Positions 51,290 through 64,000 of a DNA stretch of 64,000 nt are shown in pieces; the stretch's first letter is position 1, and each line of letters begins with the position of its first letter. The notes under the pieces are model-generated. The model was not told where the DNA came from, made no database searches, and saw only the letters and a list, made by a program, of their open reading frames with translations. Source of the DNA: Eledone cirrhosa (Eukaryota). The stretch covers positions 340,566,001 to 340,630,000 of the forward strand of contig OZ024742.1 in the NCBI GenBank assembly GCA_964016885.1, written 5' to 3'. The translations under genes were made by a program, and so were the position numbers.

Positions 51290-52324
51290 TCAAGGAGCAG
51301 AAGAAAATTGGGGGAGGGGAACGGAAAATTCCTTTTCTCTATCAAGTGTTTCTTCAATTTTCCTTTTTCAACTTTTTTCCTTCTTTCCTTTTATTTCTCA
51401 CACATTCTACACCAATAAAACAGTTGAAGCTAGTTATTAAATAGCTCCAATTATATAATATTTGCAATAAAAAAGAATGGGTAAGAATATAGCAATAATA
51501 GATTCTGAGCTTGTAGATGTTTCTACCTGGGTTGTGTACGTTTAGAGGGGAGGGGGGAGGAGAGAGAAAGACAAGAAAAAGAGAAAGATGACGAATGACG
51601 AAGAGGATAGAAAAAGACAAGAAAAGGTAAAGACATATGTCTGCCCCTCTCTTAATTGTGTAGAAAAATACTGGAGCAATTTCTAGAATATCTCACCAAC
51701 TAGGACGACATTTCTCGGAGGAATTCTGTAATGAAAGATCCTATGATGAGATTAACTCCAACCTAACAAGCAACCGTCAATACAATCCCACATTGATAAT
51801 ACTACACCACCCCACATCGAAATATACCTCCCACCTCACTCTATAAATACTGCACCTCTTCCTCCACTCCACAGACGATTCCCCACACTTACCATTGTAT
51901 TACTGTGTTTATTCTGAATGATGAGAAATGAATTGATGAATTTATCTGTGAAATAAACAAATAGTTTATGGGGTTAGTTGTAATGACTTTTCAGTAATAA
52001 CATAAATAGTAAATTCATACATCAATAAAATTTACTATAGAGCCTGTTGGTAATAAAACAAAACTACTTTTATTCCATTATATTTTATTATTTGATAATA
52101 AAATCTACTGCACAATATGGTGTCGTAGTAATTAAGCAGCTACTTAATGCCAATGTAAATTTACTATATGTCTTGTTGGTAATACAAATGTCATCTCGTA
52201 TAGATGACTTCTTAGTATTACAAATAATGGCATTCTAATTTTCATAGTAAAATTCTGCAGTTCTCTATTGCTTTTAGTTAGATTGCAAGATACAGCAGGA
52301 TGGCTGTATTTCTGCTATAGTATA

Positions 52325-52342
52325 CACACATATGCACACACA

Positions 52343-52394
<52 letters not shown>

Positions 52395-52430
52395 ACACAC
52401 ACACACATATGCGCACACACACAGATATAT

Positions 52431-52462
<32 letters not shown>

Positions 52463-52511
52463 GTATGTATATAATATATATAAATATATATAATATATAT
52501 AATATATATAA

Positions 52512-52566
<55 letters not shown>

Positions 52567-53104
52567 AATATATAAATATATATCTTATATATGATATAAT
52601 ATTTATATATATAATATAATATCTATATATATATATATAATATTTATATATATATAATATTATATTTATATATATATATATAAATATATATAATATATAT
52701 AAATACATATAATATAATATTTATAGATATATAATATAATATTTATATATATATATATATATATAATATATATAAATATATATAATATATATATTATATA
52801 TAAATATATCTATATAAATATATATATATATAATATATATAAATATATATATATATATAAATATATATAATATATATAAATATATATAATATATATAATA
52901 TATATAAATATATCTATATAAATATATATATATATAATATATATATATATAATATATATAAATATATATATATATAAATATATATATATATAAATATATA
53001 TAATATAATATTTATATATATATAAATATATAAATATATAAATATATATAATATATATAAATATATATAATATATATAGTATATATAAATATATATAAAT
53101 ATAT

Positions 53105-53169
<65 letters not shown>

Positions 53170-53174
53170 TATAC

Positions 53175-53238
<64 letters not shown>

Positions 53239-53275
53239 ATATATATATATATATATAATATATATACATATATAT
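52325..53275. repeat. (CA)n and long degenerate (TA)n
   Basis: Direct inspection. Confidence 0.95.
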
Positions 53276-53395
53276 GCCGTCGAGGTCATATTTTCTCCTA
53301 TTACCCACTCTACTACCCTAAGTATTTAGTACTTTGGTGCGTTATGGTCCATCTGGTTTCTTACCACAACTCCTCCGTTATATATATATATATAT

Positions 53396-53960
53396 GCCTG
53401 CCTCAGCCGAGTCCCTCCGCCTACCCACTGGCCTACTTGTCATATGGAGCCCCGAGCATGCTCCTTGCTGTTGATACGGTCATACCTTCGGCCACTTCAG
53501 ATCCAACAGGGCAACCCTTTGGGCCCCCTCCCGTTTCCTTTGGTATAGACCACATTGCTCGGAGTATCACGGCCCCTCTCAACGTTTGGTAGCTGGATGA
53601 TGCTATGCTGGGCGGGCCCGTGGAGACTGTCTGCCATGACCTACAATCGATGGTTCCTGCCCTGGCAGGAATCGGCCTCCATGTCAATTCATCCAAGTCG
53701 AAGGTGGTGAATGTCAGCCATGATGCTGAGAGCTTTGCAGCCTCCGTCACGGACGTGCGGTCCATTCTGAAGCAGGTACAAGTGACCCCCAAATAAGATG
53801 TCCTCATCTTCCGGTCACCGATCCACCCGCCGGTCATCTGCTCCACCATCATGTCTAGACTCCAACAACTCCAGACCTTCACGAGCCGATTGGACTTGAT
53901 CGACGGCCACCCAGCTCCTCTACACCCTTCGCAGCGCTCCGTTCTACAGCCACGCATATC
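53396..53960 (+). pseudogene. Decayed RT fragment of a CRE-like (RLE-group) non-LTR element
   Basis: YPLAYLSYGAPSMLL...IPSAT, a frameshifted IQQGxP.GP-like motif, then IARSITAPLNVW*LDDAMLGG...IGLHVNSSKSKV (YLDD motif with the Tyr codon changed to a stop). Confidence 0.6.
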
Positions 53961-54094
53961 TCCACGCTGACCTCGATAATTTTATCCGAACGGCAGCTGA
54001 GAAGATATGCACCGTCATCAATTGTGTTTCTATTCCTCAAATGCTAATTTCCGTATACCACTCTCCCCAAATCTCCCCCATCACTAATTACTTA

Positions 54095-57000
54095 TCAACA
54101 ACACCAAAACACCAACAAAACCAACAACACCAACAATACCAACAACAACAGCACCAACAACAAAACGACCACCAACACCAACAACACCACCAACAACACC
54201 ACCAACAACAACACCAAATACACCAACAACACCGGCAATACCAACACCAACAACACCAACATCAACAACAAAACCAACAACAACACCAACAACACCAACA
54301 CCAACAACACCAACAACACCAACAACACCAACAACAACACCAACAACAACACCAACAACACCAACAACACCAACAACGCCATCAACACCATCAACATCAA
54401 CAACACCAACACCAACAACAGCAACACCACCAATAACACAAACACCGACAACACCAACAACACCAACAACAACACCACCAACACTAACAACACCAACATC
54501 AACACCAACAACACCAACAAAACCAATAACAACACCTACACCAACAACACCAACAAAACCAATAACAACACCTACACCAACAACGCCAACAAAAACACCA
54601 ACAACGCCAGCAACACCAACAACAACCACAACATCAACCACACAAACAACACCATCAACACCAACAACAACAACACCATCAACCACACCAACAACAACAC
54701 CAAGAACACCAACAACACCAACAACAACAACACCACCACCAACAACAACACCAACAGCACCACCAACACCAACAATACAAACACCGACAATACCAACACC
54801 AACAACAACAACAACACCACCAACAACAACAACACCAACAGCACCAACAGCACCAACAACACCAACAACACCACCAACACCACCAACACCAACAACACCA
54901 ATACCAACAACACCAACACCACCAACAGCAACAAAACCAACAACACCAACAACAACAACAACACCAAAAACACCAACACCAACAACACCAACAGCAACAA
55001 CACCTACAACACCAACAAGACCAACAACTCCAACACCAAAAATACCACAACACCAACAACACCAAAAACAACAACACCAAAAATACCAACAACACCAACA
55101 ACACCAACAACACCAACAACAACACCAACAACAACAACACCAACAACAACACCAACAACAACAACACTAACAACACCAACAACACCAACAACACCAACAA
55201 CACCAACAACACCGACGACACCACCAACAACAACACCAACACCGACTACACCACCAACACCAACACGAACAACAACAACAACACCAACAACAATACCAAC
55301 AACACCAACAACACCAACAACAACACCACCAACACCACCACCAACAACACCAACACCACCACCAATAACAACACCAACAATAACACCACCACCAACAACA
55401 ACAACAACGCCAACAACACCACCACCACCAACAACACCAACAACACCATCAACAACACCAACAACAATACAACCAGCACCAACAACACCAACAACACCAA
55501 CAACAACACCAACAACACCAACACCACCACCAACAACAACAACAACACCAACAACAACACCAACAACACCACTAACACCACCACCAACAACAAAACCAAC
55601 AACAACAGCACCAACTCCACCACGAACACCACCACCAATAACAACACAAACAACAACACCACCACCACAACAACAACACCAGCAACAGCAACAACAACAC
55701 CAACAACACCAACAACAACACCACCAACACCACCACCAACAACACACCAACACCACCACCAACACCAACTACACCAACAACAACACCAACAACACCAACA
55801 ACAACAACAACAACACCAACAACAACACAAACAACAACACCACTAACACCACCACCAACAAAAACAAACAACAACACCACCAACTCCACCACCAACACCA
55901 CCACCACCAATAACAACACCAACAACAACACCACCACCAACAACAACACCAGCAAAACCAACAACTACACCAACAACACCAACAACAACATCAACAACAC
56001 CACCAACAACAACACCAACAACACCAACAACAACACGAACAACAACAACACAAACACCGACAACACCAATAACACCAACAACAACAACACCACCACCAAC
56101 AACAACACCAACAGCACCACCAACACCAACAACACAAACACCGACAACACCAACAACACCAACAACAAAAACACCACCACCAACAACAACACCAACAGCA
56201 CCAACAACACCAACACCACCAACACCACCAACACCAACAACACCAACACCAACAAAAACAACAACAACAACAATAACACCAACAACAACACCAACAACAC
56301 CACTAACACCACCACCAACAACAAAACCAACAACAACAGCACCAACTCCACCACCAACTACACCAACAACAACAACAACACCAACATCAACAACAACAAC
56401 AACAACAACAACACCAACAACACCAACAACAACACCACCAACACCACCACCAACAACACCAACAACAACACCACTAACTCCGCCACCAACACCACCACCA
56501 ATAACAACACCAACAATAACACCACCACCAACAACAACAACAACGCCAACAACACCACCACCACCAACAACACCAACAACACCATCAACAACACCAACAA
56601 CAATACAACCAGCACCAACAACACCAACAACACCAACAACAACACCAACAACACCAACACCACCACCAACAACAACAACAACACCAACAACAACACCAAC
56701 AACACCACTAACACCACCACCAACAACAAAACCAACAAAAACAGCACCAACTCCACCACGAACACCACCACCAATAACAACACAAACAACAACACCACCA
56801 CCACAACAACAACACCAGCAACAGCAACAACAACACCAACAACACCAACAACAACACCACCAACACCACCACCAACAACACACCAACACCACCACCAACA
56901 CCAACTACACCAACAACAACACCAACAACACCAACAACAACAACAACAACACCAACAACAACACCAACAACAACACCACTAACACCACCACCAACAAAAC

Positions 57001-60000
57001 CAACAACAACACCACCAACTCCACCACCAACACCACCACCACCAATAACAACACCAACAACAACACCACCACCAACAACAACACCAGCAAAACCAACAAC
57101 TACACCAACAACACCAACAACAACATCAACAACACCACCAACAACAACACCAACAACACCAACAACAACACCAACAACAACAACACAAACACCGACAACA
57201 CCAACAACACCAACAACAACAACACCACCACCAACAACAACACCAACAGCACCACCAACACCAACAACACAAACACCGACAACACCAACAACACCAACAA
57301 CAAAAACACCACCACCAACAACAACACCAACAGCACCAACAACACCAACACCACCAACACCACCAACACCAACAACACCAACACCAACAAAAACAACAAC
57401 AACAACAATAACACCAACAACAACACCAACAACACCACTAACACCACCACCAACAACAAAACCAACAACAACAGCACCAACTCCACCACCAACTACACCA
57501 ACAACAACAACAACACCAACATCAACAACAACAACAACAACAACAACAACACCAACAACACCAACAACAACACCACCAACACCACCACCAACAACACCAA
57601 CAACAACACCACTAACTCCGCCACCAACACCACCACCAATAACAACACCAACAATAACACCACCACCAACAACAACAACAACGCCAACAACACCACCACC
57701 ACCAACAACACCAACAACACCATCAACAACACCAACAACAATACAACCAGCACCAACAACACCAACAACACCAACAACACCAACAACACCAACACCACCA
57801 CCAACAACAACAACAACACCAACAACAACACCAACAACACCACTAACACCACCACCAACAACAAAACCAACAACAACAGCACCAACTCCACCACGAACAC
57901 CACCACCAATAACAACACAAACAACAACACCACCACCACAACAACAACACCAGCAACAGCAACAACAACACCAACAACACCAACAACAACACCACCAACA
58001 CCACCACCAACAACACACCAACACCACCACCAACACCAACTACACCAACAACAACACCAACAACACCAACAACAACAACAACAACACCAACAACAACACC
58101 AACAACAACACCACTAACACCACCACCAACAAAACCAACAACAACACCACCAACTCCACCACCAACACCACCACCACCAATAACAACACCAACAACAACA
58201 CCACCACCAACAACAACACCAGCAAAACCAACAACTACACCAACAACACCAACAACAACATCAACAACACCACCAACAACAACACCAACAACACCAACAA
58301 CAACACCAACAACAACAACACAAACACCGACAACACCAACAACACCAACAACAACAACACCACCACCAACAACAACACCAACAGCACCACCAACACCAAC
58401 AACACAAACACCGACAACACCAACAACACCAACAACAAAAACACCACCACCAACAACAACACCAACAGCACCAACAACACCAACACCACCAACACCACCA
58501 ACACCAACAACACCAACACCAACAAAAACAACAACAACAACAATAACACCAACAACAACACCAACAACACCACTAACACCACCACCAACAACAAAACCAA
58601 CAACAACAGCACCAACTCCACCACCAACTACACCAACAACAACAACAACAACACCAACATCAACAACAACAACAACAACAACACCAACAACACCAACAAC
58701 AACACCACCAACACCACCACCAACAACACCAACAACAACACCACCAACTCCGCCACCAACACCACCACCAATAACAACACCAACAATAACACCACCACCA
58801 CCACCAACAACAACGCCAACAACACCACCAGCACCAACAACACCAACAACACCAACAACAGCACCAACTACAATACAACCAGCACCAACAACACCAACAA
58901 CACCAACACCAACACCAACAACAACACCAACAACACCAACACCAACACCAACTACACCAACAACAACAACAACACCAACATCAACAACAACAACACCAAC
59001 AACACCAACAACACCAACAACACCAACAACACCACCAACAACACCTCCAACACCACCACCAACACCACCACCACCACCAACAACACCAGCAAAACCAACA
59101 ACTACACCAACAACAACATCAACAACACCAACAACAACATCACCACCAACACCACCAACAACAACAACACCAACAATACCACAACAACACCAACAACAAC
59201 ACAAACAACACCAACAAAAATATCACCAACACCACCAACAACAACAACACCACCAACAACACCAAAAACACCACCACCAACAACACCACCAACACCACCA
59301 CCAACAACAATACCAACAATAACACCACCAACTCCACCACCAACACCACCACCAACAACAAGACCACCACCACCAACAACTCGAACAACACGACCACCAC
59401 CACCAACACCAACAACAACAACGCCACCAACTTTACCACCAATAACAACACCAACAACACCAGCAACACCAACAACAACACCAACAACACCAACGACACC
59501 AACTACAACACCAACAACACCAACAACACCAACACCACCAACAACATCAACACCAACACCAACACCACCAACAACACCACCAACAACAACACCAACAACA
59601 TCACCACCAACAACACCACCACCAACAACACCACCATCAACAACACCACCAACAACACCAACAACACCACCAACAACAACACCAACACCAACAACACCAC
59701 CACCACCAACAAGCCCACCAACAACAACACCAACAACAACACCAACAACAACACCACCAATAACACCACCACCACCGACAACCCCACCAACAACACCACC
59801 AACAACACCACCACCAACAACACCACCAACAACACCACCAACAACACCACCACCACCAACAACACCACCAACAACACCAACAACAACAACACCAACAACA
59901 ACAACACCAACAACAACAACACCAACACCAACAACACCACCAACAACACCAACAACAACAACACCAACAACAACAACACCAACAACAACACCAACACCAA

Positions 60001-60690
60001 CAACAACAACACCAACAACAACACCAACAACAACACCACCACCAACACCACCACCACCAACAACACCAACAACAACAACAACACCACCAACAACACCACC
60101 ACCACCACTAACACCACCAACAACAACACAACCAACAACACCACCACCACCAACAACACCACCAACAACAACACCAACAACAACAACACCACCAACAACA
60201 CCACCAACAACAACACCACCACCACCAACAACAACACCAACAACAACACAACCAACAACACCACCACCACCAACAACACCACCAACAACAACACCAACAA
60301 CAACACCAACAACAACACCACCAACACCAACAACAACACCAACAACAACACCACCAACACCACCACCACCAACAACACCAACAACAACAACACCACCAAC
60401 AACACCACCACCACCGACACCACCAACAACAACACCAACAACAACACAACCAACAACACCACCACCAACAACAACACCAACAACAACAACACCAACAACA
60501 ACAACAACACCAACAACAACACAACCAACAACACCACCACCACCAACAACAACACCAACAACAACACCAACAACAACAACAACACCACCACCACCAACAA
60601 CACCACCACCAACAACACCACCACCAACAACACCACCACCAACAACAACAACACCAACAACAACAACACCACTAACAACAACACCAAAAT
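54095..60690. repeat. 6.6-kb (CAA/CAC) cryptic satellite containing a ~1135-bp higher-order repeat
   Basis: Plus strand almost all A/C; near-identical spurious ORFs recur at 55965, 57100 and 58235, and at 56905 and 58040. Confidence 0.93.
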
Positions 60691-60694
60691 CTCA

Positions 60695-61450
60695 CAATTC
60701 TCTCTTTCTATCTCCTTACCTCCCCCTCTTCTCTTCTCCTTCTCTACCCCTCCTCCCTCTGCCTCTCTGTTTCACACAAGTTTCCTATCTCGCATTTACA
60801 CCGCCACTCCCTCTCTCTCCCAACCATCTCCCTCTCTCTCTTCCTCCGCCTCTCTCTCTCCCTCCCGCTCTTCACTCATAACTCCGTCTCCCTCTCCCTC
60901 TCTTTGTCCCTCCCTCTCTTTCTCCCTCCCTCTCTCCCCCTACCTCCTCTCTCTCCCTCCCGCTCTCCACTCTCAACTCCCTCTCTCTCTACCCCTCTCT
61001 CTCACTCCCGCTCTCTACCAACGACTCCCTCCTACTCTCCCTCCCTCTCTATCCCTCCCGCTCTCCCTCTCTCTCTCCCTCCTTCTCTTTCCCACCCTCT
61101 CTCCACTCCTAACTACCTCTATCTCCCTCCCTTTTCTCTGTCTATGAATTTTTTTTCTTTAATTTCCCTTCCATTTTGCTCGTTCTTCTTCTTCTTCTTC
61201 TTCTTCGTCGTCGTCGTCGTCGTCGTCGTCGTCATCTTCGTCATTGTTGTCATCACCGCCACCACCACCATCAGCATCATGACCATCATCATCATCAGTA
61301 TCATCTTTTCTTCGTCTTCTTCCACTCGGCTTCGCTCCCCCCCCCCCCACTATCTCTCTCCACCTCTCTCTGTCTCCCTCTCTCTCTATCTCTCTTGATT
61401 TCTCCTCTCTCTTTTTTTCGCCCTTTGTCTTCTTCTTCTCTCTTCCCCAC
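60695..61450. repeat. CT-rich low complexity with (TTC)n(GTC)n(CAT)n
   Basis: Direct inspection. Confidence 0.85.
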
Positions 61451-62082
61451 TCCGCCACACTTTTCTCTGGAACCATCTTTCAAGAATGTGATGCAGTCAT
61501 TCATTCATTAAGCAAGAGAGAAAGAAAGAAAGAAAATGAAATAAAAACTAAAGAAATAAATAAAGAAAGAACTAAGAGTCGTCATCATCACTGTCATCAT
61601 CATCGTCATTGTCGTCGTTGGTTGGTTCGTTCGATCACTGATAGGCCACCTTTTGAATTTCAATAACAAAAGGAACGCTGAAAAGACCGACAGAAGTGAT
61701 TTTCTCCTCTCTTCTACTACTGCTGACAACATGAGTAATATTCCATCCAGTTCGCCCAATTCTACATATATAGGGGGAGCTGCTGGTGGTATTAATCTGT
61801 TTTACTCACGGGAACTGAGCCTCAATGGCGGCTATCAAAAGAAGGATTGAAATATTAGTATTAGCTTGTCTAAGATGGCGGAAAACTAAAAAGGCTTTTC
61901 TTTTATTTTTCTTCTTTTTAATTTTATTTTATTTTTATGTTATTTTCTTTCATTTTTGATTTGTTTCTTTTCATTCTCTTCTTTTCTATTATATCTTTTC
62001 TTCTTTTAATAGGACACAACTTGTGAACGAAAGAACGTGACAACCTTTCATTGGTTGATTCGTTCTGTTACCGTTTGTCACT

Positions 62083-62113
<31 letters not shown>

Positions 62114-62146
62114 CATAGATAAATACACAGATTAACTGTAATAAAC

Positions 62147-62215
<69 letters not shown>

Positions 62216-62383
62216 ATGTGTGTGTGTATTTGTGTATGTATATGTATGTATATGTATGTATATGTATGTATATATATTCATGTATATGCATGTATATATA
62301 TATATGTGTGTGTGTGTTTGTATGTGTGTGTGTGTATTTGTATGTGTATATGTATATGTATGTATATATATTCATGTATATGC

Positions 62384-62424
<41 letters not shown>

Positions 62425-62534
62425 ATTACACACATGTAAGTACATACACACATTCATTCATACATACATAAATACATACATGCATTCATACATACATACA
62501 TACATTCATTCATATATACATAGATACATACATG

Positions 62535-62597
<63 letters not shown>

Positions 62598-62881
62598 CAA
62601 ACGTTGCTACCAAATCCACCATATTTCTTCGTACCTGCAACATTAGAAAACATCAAATGACCAATATTTTAAAAGAAGACAGTTTAGTGTTCTGTGGTGT
62701 AATAACTGCAAAAGGCCTGCATTAAAAATTAGTAAACCATCTGCAATAATTTAATGGCGGCCAATGTAATGTAGCAAAGCAGAGCCAAAGAAGTAAATTA
62801 CTGCAGACGAAATAGTTTTATTCTTTAATTCTTTTATTGGTTTCAGTTATTACACTGCGGCCATGCTGTGTCACCACATTT

Positions 62882-62919
<38 letters not shown>

Positions 62920-62935
62920 TACTATTATTATACAA

Positions 62936-63125
62936 GGGCGGTGAATTGGCAGTATCGGTAGAGGGTTGGACGACATGCTTTCTAGCATAGTTCTGTCCCT
63001 TTACGGTCTGAGTTCAAATCCTGTCGAGGTTAACTTTGCCTTTCATCCTTATGGGGTCGATAACATAAAGTACCAGTAATGCACTGGGTATTTGCTGGCC
63101 TGTGAAAAAGTAGAAACAATTATTA
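62936..63125 (+). mobile_element. tRNA-derived SINE flanked by (CAT)n and (ATT)n
   Basis: Complete family unit. Confidence 0.87.
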
Positions 63126-63369
63126 TTATTATTATTGTTTTTATTTTATTTTATTATTGTTTCTGAGGTATATGCCGAGTGTCTTCCTGACACCTAGGGC
63201 AAATAAATTCTCAGTGTGCATTGGTAAGCTTATTATTATTTTAAATATATCGACCCCAGTATTTATGTCTTTCAAATATGGAACTTATTGTAAAAATGTT
63301 TTGTTGAACAGCTAATTTACGGGTACATAAGCACAGACTCATACGGAAACATCGGCTCAGGAACAGAAG

Positions 63370-63418
<49 letters not shown>

Positions 63419-63419
63419 G

Positions 63420-63535
<116 letters not shown>

Positions 63536-64000
63536 AGAGTATTGAAGTTTGCTTGAAGCATTGTGGAATAATAAGGTAAATTTCTTTAAGTCGTTTGGAA
63601 GCCTCGACAATGCAAATGGGTAAATCTCCGGGTAACAAGATCCGGTGGTGGAGAGAGAGATGTAAGTGGGTGTACGTTGAGATGCGTGGCGTGTATAAGA
63701 CGTGTAGAGGAATGAAGGAAAGAGCGTAAAGGATAAAATAAAAATAACAACACGAGAGAGAATTACCTTGGGAGAGATTTAATTGTCCCTATATATTTCG
63801 GATTCACATCCATCAACTGGGGGTTTTTTCAGGGGTGGGGGAAAGGGTGTCTGTCGGAAAGGTGCGAAACGCGTCTCCGCTGCTCGTTGTTTTGAATATT
63901 CAGCAGAGCGCGCGTGCGCGTGTAATGGGGTCGGTCGGGCAGAGGTCAGCGGCCGAAGTAGTTCTTTCAATTGTGGGAGTGTGGTGGCGCTAGCTGTCAG

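Noticed and set aside
51640-51900. Possible Penelope GIY-YIG remnant
   Set aside because: No convincing motif recoverable by manual translation.
54041-60687. Poly-Q/H, poly-V/G/L and poly-C/W ORFs
   Set aside because: Products of (CAA/CAC) low complexity.
61653-61850. 65-aa non-repetitive ORF as a possible host terminal exon
   Set aside because: Non-ATG start, weak acceptor, no recognisable domain and no other exons identified.

Overview
AT-rich, microsatellite-dense animal genomic DNA; the SINE families suggest a cephalopod such as Octopus (inference). No host protein-coding gene can be supported. About 25 kb is one group of Tx1/L1-type non-LTR retrotransposons (ORF1 with CCHC knuckle; ORF2 with APE endonuclease, RT and C-terminal Zn finger): four near-full-length copies plus 5'-truncated fragments. 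Most end directly in (TCTA)n with no poly(A), some have 15-20 bp target-site duplications made of that repeat, and they stack head-to-tail at reused sites, which points to a (TCTA)n/(GATA)n-targeting family. A second layer is about 9 loci carrying type I hammerhead-ribozyme motifs, many inside inverted repeats or palindromes next to (TA)n, as in Penelope-like terminal repeats but with no visible RT ORF. The rest is tRNA-derived SINEs (some folded back), RTE and CRE-like RT remnants, mariner-type MITEs and large minisatellites. All alignments and folds were done by eye, so coordinates are approximate.
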